From Nageia nagi (taxonomy: Eukaryota > Plantae > Pinophyta), in the NCBI GenBank assembly GCA_050084985.1, contig JBITNC010000001.1, forward strand, positions 134,974,001 through 135,038,000: 64,000 bases of DNA, given 5' to 3'. The position numbers were made by a program, and so were the translations under genes. A model generated the notes under the pieces. It was given only the letters and a program-made list of their open reading frames with translations. It had not been told where the DNA came from and ran no database searches. The stretch's first letter is position 1; each line of letters starts with the position of its first letter. Of this stretch, positions 51,115 through 64,000 are shown in pieces.

Positions 51115-51530
51115 GATGATACACATACAACCTTTGATGATATACACATCACCTTTGATGATATACACATCACCTTTGATGATATATGCATGATGTTAAT
51201 AACATACATACAACTTTTAATCCTATATGAATAGTCCTTAATGATATAAATACAACTTTTAATCCTATATGCACAATTCTTAATGATATACATACAACCT
51301 TTGTATTTCATGTATGTACAAGAATTCTTCTTGATAGAGGCCATGCTCATGATATACACATGACACTTATTTATATACGCATGATGTTTCTACATTGCAT
51401 ACGCATAAGAATTCATGTTGATGATATATGTACAATGTTTAAACATATACACATGACATTTACTACTATATGTACAATATTAAATACACATTATGTTTAG
51501 TACTATAAACATGATGTTTCACCAACAACA
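51115..51530. repeat. Degenerate 21-bp minisatellite
   Basis: Unit tgatgatatacacatcacctt, near perfect at 51115-51190 and decaying rightward. Confidence 0.8.
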
Positions 51531-52559
51531 TACATATGTATGGCGAAAGACTGATGATGTGGTTAGTTGTTCATAATAGTAGAGATGTGTATATCGATTG
51601 GCAACAAATGGGGTCTTTTCATTTCCATTATGAGGAAATCCCATTTTTATTAGAGAATCTTAAGTTTTGTTCAATGTTTCCAAAATAGTTATGGTAGTAA
51701 AGATGCACATGTTGGCTAGAAAATATTTGCTGATCAAATGGGGCTCATTTTTGTAAATAAAGATTTAATAAGACTATTTTTATGATTAATGGTTTTGTGA
51801 AAGCTTTTCTAGTAATTTTCCTTTAAATAAAATATACACATGAAAATAATGTAAATTTAGTATGTGCTTAAATGTCCTTTTTTTTTTTAAACTGTAAACC
51901 ATTTAATTAAAGTAGTGTCTCTTACTATAAACTAGTAAGATTACTATGTATGAATATTTATATTTATTTGAGCATAAATTTTTATTTGATTATTTTTAAT
52001 AAATATTTTCAAATTTGTTAGTTTAGAGAATGTAGGTAAGAGATTGTAACTACAATACGATATGATGGTTTTCTTAAGGGATTTTTTAATGGATTTTGAT
52101 CAAGTCATTAAAGATATCTCTCAATTATTAAATGGGCGTACTAGCATGAAACATTCTTGATAAGGAAACAAAGTTTTAATTAATTCACAAGTATCATATT
52201 TTAATTAATTCACGATGAGAATGGAAACCATATTTTAGTCACAAACTTCTCTAAAGATTATGAATAGTGCGTCACATGTATATGTTTGAAATAATGAAGT
52301 CTCCTTCATAGAAATAGATATCTTTAATTTTAAAGTTGAAGGTATACATCCCTATTAGTGGTGTTTTCTTTATAAATTTGTGGCATATTTTATTTTATTT
52401 TTTGTAAAATGATGTTATTTTTTCCTACATTTTGATTCTTCTTACTACAATTAATTGTTTAAAATTTATATCTCATGTTTTGAAATAATTTTAATATATA
52501 CATTGCTTGTATCATACAAACTCTCAAAATGCACTCTTTTATTACATTAGTCGAAACAA

Positions 52560-53100
52560 CATTGACCAATAAAGATACTTGGTGAGAATGATACAAAGAA
52601 ATGGAGAACACCTTAACCTTCAATGATTTATGGGTAAGTATTTGTGGTAGTATAACAAAACCTCAAGGGCCAATAGATTCAAAAGAATTAGCCATATGGA
52701 AGCACAAACATTCCAAGGATCTTACCCTAATTCGAGCATCAATTAGTGGAGAAGTTTACAAATACATTAACAATTTTGACATAGAATGGGAAGCATGCAA
52801 ATAACTTAAGGAATTATATAACTTAAATTTCAAATCCATTTAAATCTAATTAAAATTATTCAATCTTGAGATGAATGATGGAAAAATCATGACTTCATCA
52901 TAAATCAATCAAAATGTTGGAGGAAAATTGGATATGTATTTGAAAACCTTTATAAAAGCTCTACTTCCCACTCACTCTACCTATCTTGAGTCTCTCCAAG
53001 TAAGCAACCAATTAAAAACACTCATTTTTGATAGTTTGATTGATAAATTAATTTAAAGCCTTTGTATAAAAATTAGTTAACCTCCATGGTGAAATAATAT
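52560..53100 (+). mobile_element. Highly decayed copia gag remnant
   Basis: DLWVSI..WKHKHSKDLTLIRASISGEVYKYI resembles the copia gag N-terminal region. Confidence 0.5.
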
Positions 53101-54314
53101 ATGTTGCATGATAGAAACGTAAGCATCAAACCTAGGGTTCCTATTTTAGGGGATGCAATAGTAAGCATAATATAGGTATAAGTAGTTTTCTTAGAGAATG
53201 AGGATGTAGAAAAAACTCAAATTAAGGTAATATAGATAAAATATATTTACACAAGATGTGAAAGAAAAATATATGAAGCCAATCAATGTTGTTCTTCATG
53301 GGTTTACTCAATATGTGTCACTCTTATACTTGGTATTGTTCTTCATTGGTTTACTCAATATGATATAAGTTTCAAATAGTCAAGGAGGATCATTGAACCA
53401 TAATTGAGAACTATAAGAGGATTTTTATTATAACCATGATAGCTTCATAGAAATAGATTTCACCAATTGATATAATAAAGATAATTTGAATAATTTTGAA
53501 AGTAAATTTCTCATGTGGCATTGAGAGATGAGAGAAGTTGCAATGATTATTGTATTACTAAAACACGAATAAATACAAGATATAATAGAGAATTTACAAG
53601 AGTTAAAAGAATTATACTCCTCCCACATTAACTATATTCTAAAATCATCTACTAAACTATTGTATTATTTCTAACATTTCCCCCATAATACATTAGGTCC
53701 TTAAGAAATAAGATAGGAAGCTCCAAATTTTTTCAAACTTTTCACAATCAAGAGACTTGGTGAATATATATGTAATTTACTCTTTTGTAGAATATTAGCA
53801 ATGTTGAATGTTGTGTAGTAAAACATGGTTACAAATGAAGTGCATGTGTATCTCAATTTGTTTATTATGTTAATGAAAAATAGGATTGTGAACCAATTTC
53901 AATACACCCTAATTGTCATAATTTAAAATTATAGGTCAACTATGTGAAATCCTAGTTTCTATCAAAATACAATGTAATAATACTACATCACAAATAACCT
54001 CTACAACAATATGGTACTTAAACTTTGTGGTAGATTTGGATGTGATACTCTATTTCTTACTTCCCCAAGAAAATGGTCCAAATCCAATGAATAATATATA
54101 TGTCTAGTTATCGACCTCATATCATCCAAGGATCCTCCATAATCTACATCTATGTATCAAATCAAGAAGAATTTATCATTATTCTTATACTCCAAGCCAT
54201 GTCAATCACCATGGATGTATGACCTAGTATGTGTTAGTTAAATTAACCCCTAATCAAATGATAATAGTATGGAGAACTATCATTGTATAATAGATGTAAA
54301 CTAGGTTCAATTTG

Positions 54315-55467
54315 TGTTGGCAAGGGGTGAATTAGAGTGTTATACTTTTAAACCTAAATCTTGAGTGCCTAAAACCAATGTTGTATAAACTTAAAACCAA
54401 AATAAAGAAAGCACATCAAGGGATCATCACACAACACAAGATATAATGAGGTTCACCAATATGGCTATATCATTGGATAATACTACTTGGATCATGGTCC
54501 AAATCTAGCCCTTATAAAGCACCAACTTTACGATCATTCATTGGTACCAACCAAAAGGAGCACCAACCCCTACTTTACTAGCACCAACCAAAAAGGAGCA
54601 CCAACCCCTACCTTATCAGCACTAACTAGAAGAAATACCAACCCCTGCACCAAGCACCTACTTGGAATTCAAAGCTTAATAATTAGTTTGACATATAAAG
54701 ATGTCTTCACTATTCACAAATCCATCCTTGGTTTGTAGCTCATCAAACTTCACCTTTGGATACCTCTATTTGAATCTTGTAATTAGTCTTCATAGCCAAT
54801 ACGCCATTGTATTTAACAATCTATCACTATACATCTTCATTAGCATCTCATTCACCCATTCAGATAACATATTTTCTATTTTGTTACATCTTCTTAGTAT
54901 TTTCACTCCTTTACAACTTATTCATGTATTCATTTAAGCATATTGTAGCTCATACACTTTAGTATCTTCTCACACCTTGATACTCTACTTAACAGAATAT
55001 CTTCTACCTTAACAACCTTGCTACTCACATGTTCATTCATATTAGTAACAAAAATATACAATCTCAGCTTACATACCTTCACTCATCATTGAGAAGGCTA
55101 CTAGACATTCATATTATTTATTTAAGTATATTTACTATAGCTCAAATGCTAGTAACAGTCACTAGGATATTCTACTCTTTTACTCTATTCTTACTTTGAT
55201 ATCAGTATCTCTCTAATAATGTATATCTCCAGGTTTATTTCCCTTCAGTTACTAAAACTCACCTTTTTATTTTAAGGATTATTCTATATATTTGTGTAAC
55301 TATCTCCACCCTTTCAAGCATAAATTATATTACCAGCTATAGGTTATGAATGTCCATACCTTCAACTATAATTTTCATGCTGATAATAATTACTAGTGTG
55401 CTCAAATCACTCATAATCATGACACTTAAAAAAAGTTGTTTTCAATAACTTTCATTTACAACTCCTA
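54315..55467. repeat. LTR remnant homologous to 14821-15150
   Basis: Shares cacaacacaagatataa.gaggttcaccaat.tggcta and the agcaccaac motif cluster. Confidence 0.65.
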
Positions 55468-58400
55468 TGTTGACATTATTGGAATGTATAATGCATTATT
55501 GTAAAGGTTGTATTAAATCTTCTATGTAAATTCACTAATACTTAAGGGTATCATTTGATACCTTAAGTATTTAAGTGAATATGATAATGTAACTTGTCCT
55601 ACACTCCATGTCATGAGCATGCCCCTTGGGTAAAAGGATGTGCATGTCATGCTTTTGTACATTGGATAAAATGGTGATCTAAAGAGGGATTTTGGCCTAT
55701 AAATAGAAGGCTCCCTCTTTGTGATCACACACCAAAAAAATTATGGAGTAAAGTTATGCTATAGGATAGAAGTGCAGGAGTTGAGATTAGGAGAATTGTA
55801 AGAGAGTTGTATTTGTGGTTGAAGTAAAGATGTAGTTAGTAGATGTACTCCTAGTTGGAGGAACCACTTTACATTTTGAGTTACATTGTGAGATTGTCTT
55901 ATTTGTGAGATTGTTATATGTGAATTTGAGAGCTTTCATGTGAAATTGGTTGATTAGGAATTATCTTGTTAGTGTTAGTTCCTTCAATTTTTTCATGTAC
56001 TACATCTTATTGCCTACTCATTTGTGTACACTTCCTTCCATTACATAGCCTCCCTACCATTGTGTGACTTGTTTTAAACTCTAAATGCCCAAATATACCT
56101 CATGGTCCCTTCCACTCTGTACGCTATGAAGTCATGCCTCACAGCTCCTTCACCCTTCCTTCCAATGCAACAGATTACATAATACATTTTTTTGTTCCAT
56201 TGCATAAACTGAAATGGTTAATTCTTTTTGGGTTGATCTATTATGAATCTGGATGAGAAAATGAAGATATGCCCTCTCTAATATATGGGATTTGAAACCC
56301 CATGTCGCCCAACTTTGGCCTCTCTTTTATGCACTGCTTAGCCCACTTACCTCCTTTTTTTCTCTTCCTTCCTTTCATTTTCTAGCTACCAACTTCATTT
56401 ATTAAAAATTTAATGTCTTCTTTGCTTATACAAGCAAACTATCACTCACCTGAATTTGTCTTAATGAGCTTGAGTGGAGTGAAAGTTCAACTTAGAAATT
56501 AATAAGCTGCAGTAAAGTATGGGTCTCCTCTTAGAAATTTATTTTTTGTAGACTTGGTAGGTAAGTTATGATTGTCTCTTGTTTAAAGAGAGTATTTTTT
56601 TACTATTTAAAAAAAAATACAAAGGGAAGGTAATCTCATGAAGGTTATTTCCTTGGTAAAAATTTTAGTATTTTTTTAATTAATTAAAAAAAATGCCTTA
56701 ATTAAAATCTACTTTGGTAAAAGTGATATTTTTTATCGTCACTTGTGTTGTGATAAAATTTTTACTAATGTAATTTTTTACCTAAGCTTTTATTGACAAG
56801 AAAATTATTTTAGAAGATATTTTAACATGCAAGTAAGTTTTATTTATTTAGTTAAAATTACTAAGGTACACTAGTATGCTATCATTAGGGATAGAACTTT
56901 AAGTAAAAGAAGGGGGAATTTATATTTCTTTACTTAATGTTTTTCTATAGCATGTTAGATAAAATATTGCATATCTATTTTTTGGTAAACTTATGCAAAA
57001 ATGATAATGAATACTTCTTAATTTTTTTATGCATGCTAAGTATTTTTTTTGCAAAGTGATAGATAGATGCAATGGTACATGCTTAGTACTTGAAATTTTA
57101 AGTTAATGATGCATACTTAGAACATAAATATTTCAAGCTAATGATACATACTTAGAACTTAAATTTTTTAAGTTAATGGTGCATGCTTAGTACTTAATTT
57201 ATTGGAATGATGCATGTTTAAATTTTTTAAAGCTGTGTGAATGATGCATTTTTTTTGCTTAATGCTTAAAGCTTAAAATTTTTAATGCATGCTTAAGGAA
57301 TTAAATTTTTTAAGTTATTGCTTAGGAATTAAATTTTTTTAAGATGCATACTTATGACTTAAAAATGCATGTTGAGTATTTATCCTTATGCAAAGTATGG
57401 AATGGACTTGTACAAAATAAGTGATGATGTGAAGATGTCCTTTAGGGTTTGGTAAACAAAACTCATTGAACACTTAGGTTTCAAATTTTTTGCATGGATG
57501 ATGATTTACTTATGCTTTTTTACTTCATGTTTCACATTTTGATTTTTTTCTTATGCAAACAAAAATGCAAATATTGATATGAGAAACCCCCTAAAATGAA
57601 TACATTCGCATGTATATTCTACAACATGATTTATTTGGGAAGCTATGAGGTGAGGACAGGCGAACTAAAGCCTTTAAGTTCGATGATCCAAATGGTGAAC
57701 AGTTCATACTTCTTAATTGTCCCTAAGTCCTCTGTTGGTTTGGAAATAACTCTATTAGGTGGACAGGCATGTGTGTAGTGATACCACATGTTCGCACATC
57801 CATTTAGAGATTATCTTGATAACCTAGGAGGGAAACTTAAAACCTAATTAAGATTAATAATTTGTCCAATCCAATAAATGTCAAAACCTTAGAAAATTGC
57901 TAGTACTTATCCTTGTGAGAGTATATTATTGCCCATGGGGAACTGGTTGAAGATTGGTAGGACCCAGGCTCCTCTTGTGTGGGCATCCAGGTGAAAGCCT
58001 AATTTTAGACAAGAAAATAAGCCTCAACAATGACACTCTACATCTACGATTCTTGAGATGAGAAATGTATTTGAGTAAATGGGTTATTATTTGAATTGTA
58101 AAATATTTGCACTTGTGAATCAAATCAAGCATGTATTTAGTGTTAATTATAACATGTATTATTTACTTGGCTAAAACCTAACATTTAATGTTGATTATTG
58201 AAACTATATGCTTATTATTTCACATTCTTGTGTAGAAAATAGGAGAATCCTTTTTACCCAAACACATTCTTGATGGTTCCAACTATGGGATTTGGGAACC
58301 TTGGATGAAAGCCAAATTGTAGGCAAGGAAACTATGGTAAACAGTGAATGAGAATATGGTACCTTCTACATATGAGAAGGCACTAAAGACTTATAACACA

Positions 58401-61400
58401 AAGAATGAGTTGGCAACCTCCATGATTTACCATGTAGTTTCGGTTGATATGCTCCTTATGATATCCTTTTCAACTTCAACAAAGGAAGCATGGGATAAGC
58501 TAAAGCAAATCTACCTTAGTTCAAATTTTTTAAGAAGGTTTACCATTCTTCAAAAGTTGCTTCAATCTCGTCAAGGGGAAGATGAAAATATGGCTATTTA
58601 CTTGAACAAAATCATTGACCTAAGGATCTAACTTGTTGCTTGTGGATGCAATTGGATCAATGATAAGTTCATGATCTTCATCATTCTTCAAAGCCTCTCT
58701 TCAAAGTTTAGAAACTTTGTAACAATTATAGAAATAAGGCTTGATGATGAAGAAGAAGTCATCTCCCTTGAAAACCTTACAAGGCACCTTTTGAAGCATG
58801 AGGAAACCCTTAATAATAAAAGGTTGATTTCTTATTCTAAGGATAATAACATTGCTCATAGAGCAACCAAAAATCCTTTCAAGGAGAAGTTAAACCATCA
58901 AAAGAAATCTTACCCTTCTTCCTCCAAAAGGTTTGAGAAAAGAGGTAGTGGCTACAATAGTAATAGGAACAACAGAAACAATAACAATAGTAATAGGAAT
59001 AATGGCAAGAATAATCATTTCAAGCAAAGAGATGGAAAAGGCAAAGGAAACACTCCTTATTCTAAGGAAAAGTTTGATGGAAATTGTAACTATTATGGCA
59101 TTCAAGGTCACAAAGAAGTTGATTGTTACAAAAATAAAAGAGAAAAAAAGTACAAAGGTAATAAAAATGTAAAAAGCTACAAAGGAAACAAAAATACTCA
59201 TGTTGGTTTTGCTATGATGCTCTACACCATGTCTCACACTTTTTCATCTAAATGGATTGTTGACTCTAGTTGCATTAATCACTTATGCTTTGAAAAGGAA
59301 AAGTTTAAGAACTTTCATAAGTATAATAAGAATGCAGTTGTGATAGGTGATAACTCTACCCTTAAAGTTTAAGGAATTGGGAGTGTGCTAATTCATAGAA
59401 AGTTTTTTGAAAATGTTCTCTATATTCTAAAGCTAAGGATGAACCTTCTCTCTATGATCCAAGATGCTAAAAAAAGGTACTCTTTGGAGTTCAACTCTTA
59501 ATCCTAGTGCATTAAGAAAGGACTTGCCACTTTGGTTAAAGGATCAGTGAAAGATAACCTTTACATTATGGATCAAGTACCATCAAAGATATGTCTTGCT
59601 TCTAATATGTGTTCTAAAGGTAATCTTTGGCATCATCGTTTAGGGAACTTTAACCACAAAAGTATTCAAACCATGAAATACCAAGAACTTGAGGAAGGTT
59701 TACCTTTAATTTCTCCTTCTATTTATTTATGCGAGAAGTGCATTCTTAGCAAGATGCATAGACAAAAGTTTGAAAAAGATAAGGCAACAAGAGCATCTCA
59801 ACTTCTTCAACTTGTGCATTCAAATTTGATGGGTCCATTTCAGATTAAGTCACTTGGAGGAGCATCTTATGTCTTGAACTTCATTGATGAATTTAGTAAG
59901 ATGAACTTTGGGTATCTACTTGAGCACAGGATCAAACCTTTGAGAGTTTTAAAGTTTTTAAGGCCTTTATTAAGAATCAGACTAACCTTAAAATTAAGAT
60001 GTTGAGATCAGATAATGGGGGAGAATATAAGTTCAATGACTATTGTGCTAAATATGAAATCAAGAGGCATTTTACGATTCCTTACACTCTTCAATAAAAT
60101 GGTGTTATCAAAAGAAAAAATAGAACAATCATGGATATGGCTAGATGCATGTTGGATAATATTCTTAAATTCTTATGGGGTGAAGCTGTGAGCACTACTA
60201 TTTACACCTTGAATAGGTGTTTCACAAAATTCATTCAAAGAAAAGCTCCTTTTGAGGCATGGTCAAGAAGAAAACCTAACATTTATCACCTTAGGGTGTT
60301 TGGTTGTGAAGTTTTTTCCAACATTATTTTTGAGAAAAGGAAGAAATTGGACAAAAGAGTTGAAAAATGCATCTTTATGGGTTATGACAGTTAGCATAGA
60401 GGCTACAAGCTCTACTCTCTAACCTATAAAGTAGTGTTCATTTCAAGAGATGTCAAGTTCAATGAACTTCCTAAAGAATCTACTTCTAACAAGGATGTTG
60501 ATGATCCAAAAGAATCTTTAGTTGCTCTTAGGTAGTTGGATATTGATATAGACAAGTCATCTTAGGAACAAAATTCTCCAACACAAAGGGTAACAAGGAG
60601 CATGACCTTGAATAAATGTTTAATTGCTAAGATTGATAACAAACATGAGCCCCCAACCTTTAAAGAAGCTTCTAAGTATGAGTGGTAGATGGAAGCCATG
60701 AAAGTGGAGTATGAGGTGCTTATGAAAAATAAAACTTGCGACTTAGTTCCTTATCCCAATGATAAGAATGTGATTGGCAATAAGTGGATCTACAAGGTCA
60801 AGTTCAATTCAATTGGAGATATTGAGAAATACAAGGCAAGGTTAGTAGCTAAATGTTTTGCTCAAAAATACAATGTAGATTATGAGGAAACCTTTGCTCC
60901 CATGGAAAAGATGCCTACTATGAGAGTTATCCTTGCTCTTTTTACAGCTCAAGGATGGAATGTTTTTCAACTTAATGTCAAGAGTGCATTTCTAAATGGT
61001 GAATTAGATGTGAAAATCTTCATGAATCAACTAGAAGGGTTTATTATGGAAGGTAAAGAGTCCTTTGTGTGCAAGCTAAAAAAGTCTTTGTATGGACATA
61101 AATAAGCACCTTGAGCCTAGTACAAAAAGATTTAAAGGTACTTGTGCTCAATCAAAGAAAATATGTGGTCTTGATTCTCCTTTATGTGGATGATCTTTTG
61201 ATTACTAGGAATAATGATGAAATCATTCAAGAGTGCATATCCAAACTTAAGACAACATTTGAAGTGACTAATTTTGGTCTCTTGCACTACTATCTTGTAA
61301 TGCAAATGTATAAATACAAGGATTGTACTTACCTTAATCAATCTAAGTATATATCATACATATTATAGAAGTTTGGAATGGAGGAGTGTAGATATGTTGC

Positions 61401-62134
61401 AATCATAGTCTCTTCTGGAATTACTATTTCTCTAAGCTCCAACTCTTAATTAGCTAACGTTACAGCTTACAGGTAATTAATTGGTAGTATTTTGAATTTG
61501 ACTATATCTAGGCCACCTTTGCAATGAATTTGATGGCATGATTCATACAAAAAATTTATGTTGAGAACCTTAATGTTGTTAAGCAAATTTTGAGGTATGT
61601 TTTAGGGACTAAGGATCTTGCTCTCAAATATTCCAAGTTGCCCTCATTTGTTCTCTCTAGATTCTCAGATTCTAAACATGGGAGAGGTAGAGATGATAGG
61701 AAGTCAACCTCTGTGTATGTGTTTAGCATTGGTTTAGATGCTATCTCTTGGGCTTCCAAGAAGCAACCTACTATTTCTCTTTCCACCATAGAAGTTGAAT
61801 ATTATGCCATGTCTATAGTAGCCCAAGAAGCCATTATCTAAAGCATATTCTGAAAGAAATTAGGTATGAGCAAGGTGGCTCATCTTTGATCTCTTTAGAT
61901 ATTCAATCAGATATTTATTTGGATAAGAATCTAGTTTTCCATCAAAGAACAAAACATGTGGAAATCCATGCCCATTTTGTTAGGAAGAAGGTTCTTGATG
62001 GCATCATACACCTAGAGTATTATTCATCCACCTTGAATTCTATTGATTTATTCACCAAACCCCTCCCAGAAGCTCAGTTCTATAAGATAAGGGATGCTAT
62101 CAGGTTGAATTTTCCCTCAAGGGGGAGTGACGTT
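55468..62134 (+). mobile_element. Degenerate Ty1/copia element: putative 5' LTR (~55468-56045), long AT-rich leader, gag-pol and PPT; 3' LTR essentially lost
   Basis: tgttgacatt start, TATA at 55698, PPT aagggggag at 62119-62127 followed by tgacgtt. No PBS recognised, so the link between the LTR and the coding region is inferred. Confidence 0.7.
58240..62118 (+). pseudogene. Copia gag-PR-INT-RT-RH polyprotein, disrupted
   Basis: LDGSNYGIW (gag), CNYYGIQGHKEVDC (zinc knuckle), WIVDSSCINH (PR), LWHHRLG and LQLVHSNLMGP (INT), GNKWIYKVK and LYVDDLL (RT), DDRKSTS and HQRTKHVEI (RH), in copia domain order. Confidence 0.93.
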
Positions 62135-62639
62135 TGAATTCTTGTGTTGAATTCATGTTTGTGATGACAACTTCACCCGTAAGAGTATTTTGTGTTGTAT
62201 AGTGTTGATCTAGGAAATGAACCATTGAACTAAAATATCTAGGAATAAATACCATATAACATACCAATGACCATTATGATCAATTGACCATCTTTCTACT
62301 ATGATTGACAATCCTGGTAGACACCCAAAAATAAAATATTCATACTCCACATGTGTACAATTAATCAATCATTCATATCATCTCTCAACCATATCATCAA
62401 TACCTTATTACACTTGAAAACCATCCAATCATGTCAGAAATGCTACTTCGATCTACTTGGAAAACATTTTACCACATCATCCATAATTTATATGGTGTTA
62501 ATAATAAACAACAACAAAGTTAATACTTGACATCTATCCTTTGCACCTAACATTATAGGTCTTCACTATTGGCACTCCATACAAACAACTGATAATATAT
62601 CTACATTTATCATCATTTTATATGGTAACCTTTGGTAGC

Positions 62640-62850
62640 ATGTCCTCATATTCTCCTTTGACATTGTGACTTTGCATCATTGAAAATAATTTATGTTGAA
62701 TAACTTGTTCACCTTTGGAATTATGACAACAAACAATCTCCTTTGATAATAATGTCAACACCATAGGTCAACAATCTCCCCCTTTGGCATTATTATCAAA
62801 ACTCTAGTCATGTTCTTCTCCTCTTTTTTATGAATAATAGCAAAGGCAAT
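62640..62850 (-). other. Cluster of PPT-like motifs (SIRE-like 3' end remnant)
   Basis: caacaatctccccctttggcattat (~62770) is the reverse of a PPT plus LTR start. Related motifs at ~62651, ~62733 and ~62815. Confidence 0.5.
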
Positions 62851-63368
62851 CATAAGAGCACATAAACACTTCAACATCTTCCATCAAAAAATCATATTCA
62901 ATATAAATCCTTTAGTAGAAATAAGGGCAACTTGAGCACAGAGTCAAAATGAAATTGAAGTAAACTAAAATTGAAATATACTCTATAACATCATCAATAT
63001 CTATATAACTCCATGTAAGAAACAACATATAATGCATTTTAAATTCTCCCATTAGTATATTCAACATGATCATACTAATATCCATAACATCAACATTGTC
63101 CCTTTTAATGGTGTGGAAGTGTGACCACTTCCAACTTCTGCTAGCCTTGTCCAGATTTACTCAAATAGCCAATGAAATAGGTATCCTCTTTTTCTTTATT
63201 TATCCAAACTTTCTCGTGCTTGGGTTTGAGTCTATTAACTATCTTCTATTCTTAAACATTTTGATGAGAGTGAGCACTATCCTTTGAGGATTTTCTTATT
63301 TGTACTTTTGATGTATAATTATTCTTCATCTTTTGATGCACCTCATTATTTCTACCTTATCTTTATAG

Positions 63369-64000
63369 GAAGCATAATGTAGTGGAAAATTCATTAGTAG
63401 TGGTCACAAGCACTTTCCAACCAATGGGAGATAATAAGGTGAATGTTTTTAAAATCTAGATGTTATATACGCTCATTGAGCAAGACAACATAGAGGCTAT
63501 TTAGGTGTTTGATGATGATAGACATATCAAGAATTTTATGGCCAGTGAGAGGGACTTTACCTCCCAATAGGTTGAGGAAGAATTAAAGTATCCAAATAAT
63601 GGTGATTGGCCATTAGAAGATGATGAGTACATAGATGGTTTCCTCTAGATAAAGACCAACAAGCTTGCTAAAGGGATCATAGAGTTGGAGAGACTATTAA
63701 ACCAAGATGTCATCTAGGAAAATAGACCCAAAGAATATATTAACACAAAAGAGATGAAGAAAATCAATCTAGGGATAGAACAAGATCCCAAGTATATCCT
63801 TCTTAGGAAATCTTGCATAGGTAGATTGAGAGAAGAAATAATAAAAGCCCATTGAGATTACATTAAAATGATAACCTGGAACTATGATCAATTAAAAATA
63901 TACAATATAAGAATAATCAATCATAATATACCTATGAAACCAAGAAAAAAATCCCTTAGGTAGAAACAAAGAGTCCTAAACCCTTTGTTAGAGCCCATTG
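63369..64000 (+). mobile_element. Second copy of the TatII-like element (extra RNase H to RT linker fragment), running off the window end
   Basis: Colinear with ~11020-11650 (gaagcataatgtagtgg...ttagagcccat). Confidence 0.92.

Larger units (their letters stand above)
49212..51822. mobile_element. Non-autonomous Mutator-like element (MULE) containing LTR-retrotransposon debris
   Basis: Terminal inverted match gggaaaattactagaa / ttctagtaattttcct. Perfect 9-bp TSD TTAAATAAA (49203-49211, 51823-51831). Confidence 0.78.

Overview
Eukaryotic plant nuclear DNA, probably a gymnosperm. That assignment is an inference from a TatII-type Ty3/gypsy domain order, old diverged LTRs and an apparently giant TE-filled intron. 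The window has one host gene: the last four exons (39727-41251, +) of a peroxisomal membrane-anchored ascorbate peroxidase (APX3-like). I found no upstream APX exons by eye in the preceding 39.7 kb. The rest is nested, mostly decayed transposons: a full-length Reina-like chromovirus with both LTRs, PBS, PPT and TSD (1219-7215); a TatII-like element with an extra RNase H between protease and RT; several solo LTRs with TSDs; a hAT fragment and a hAT MITE; a Mutator-like element with a 9-bp TSD; L1 and RTE LINE remnants; and a degenerate Ty1/copia. The most unusual structure is a group of related long LTRs. They share termini and a promoter module, but each carries a different internal repeat array: a ~183-bp monomer array, a ~360-bp dimer-like array, or nine spaced ~42-bp palindromes. 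No prokaryotic-type system (CRISPR, operon) is supported. Coordinates and counts were read by hand.
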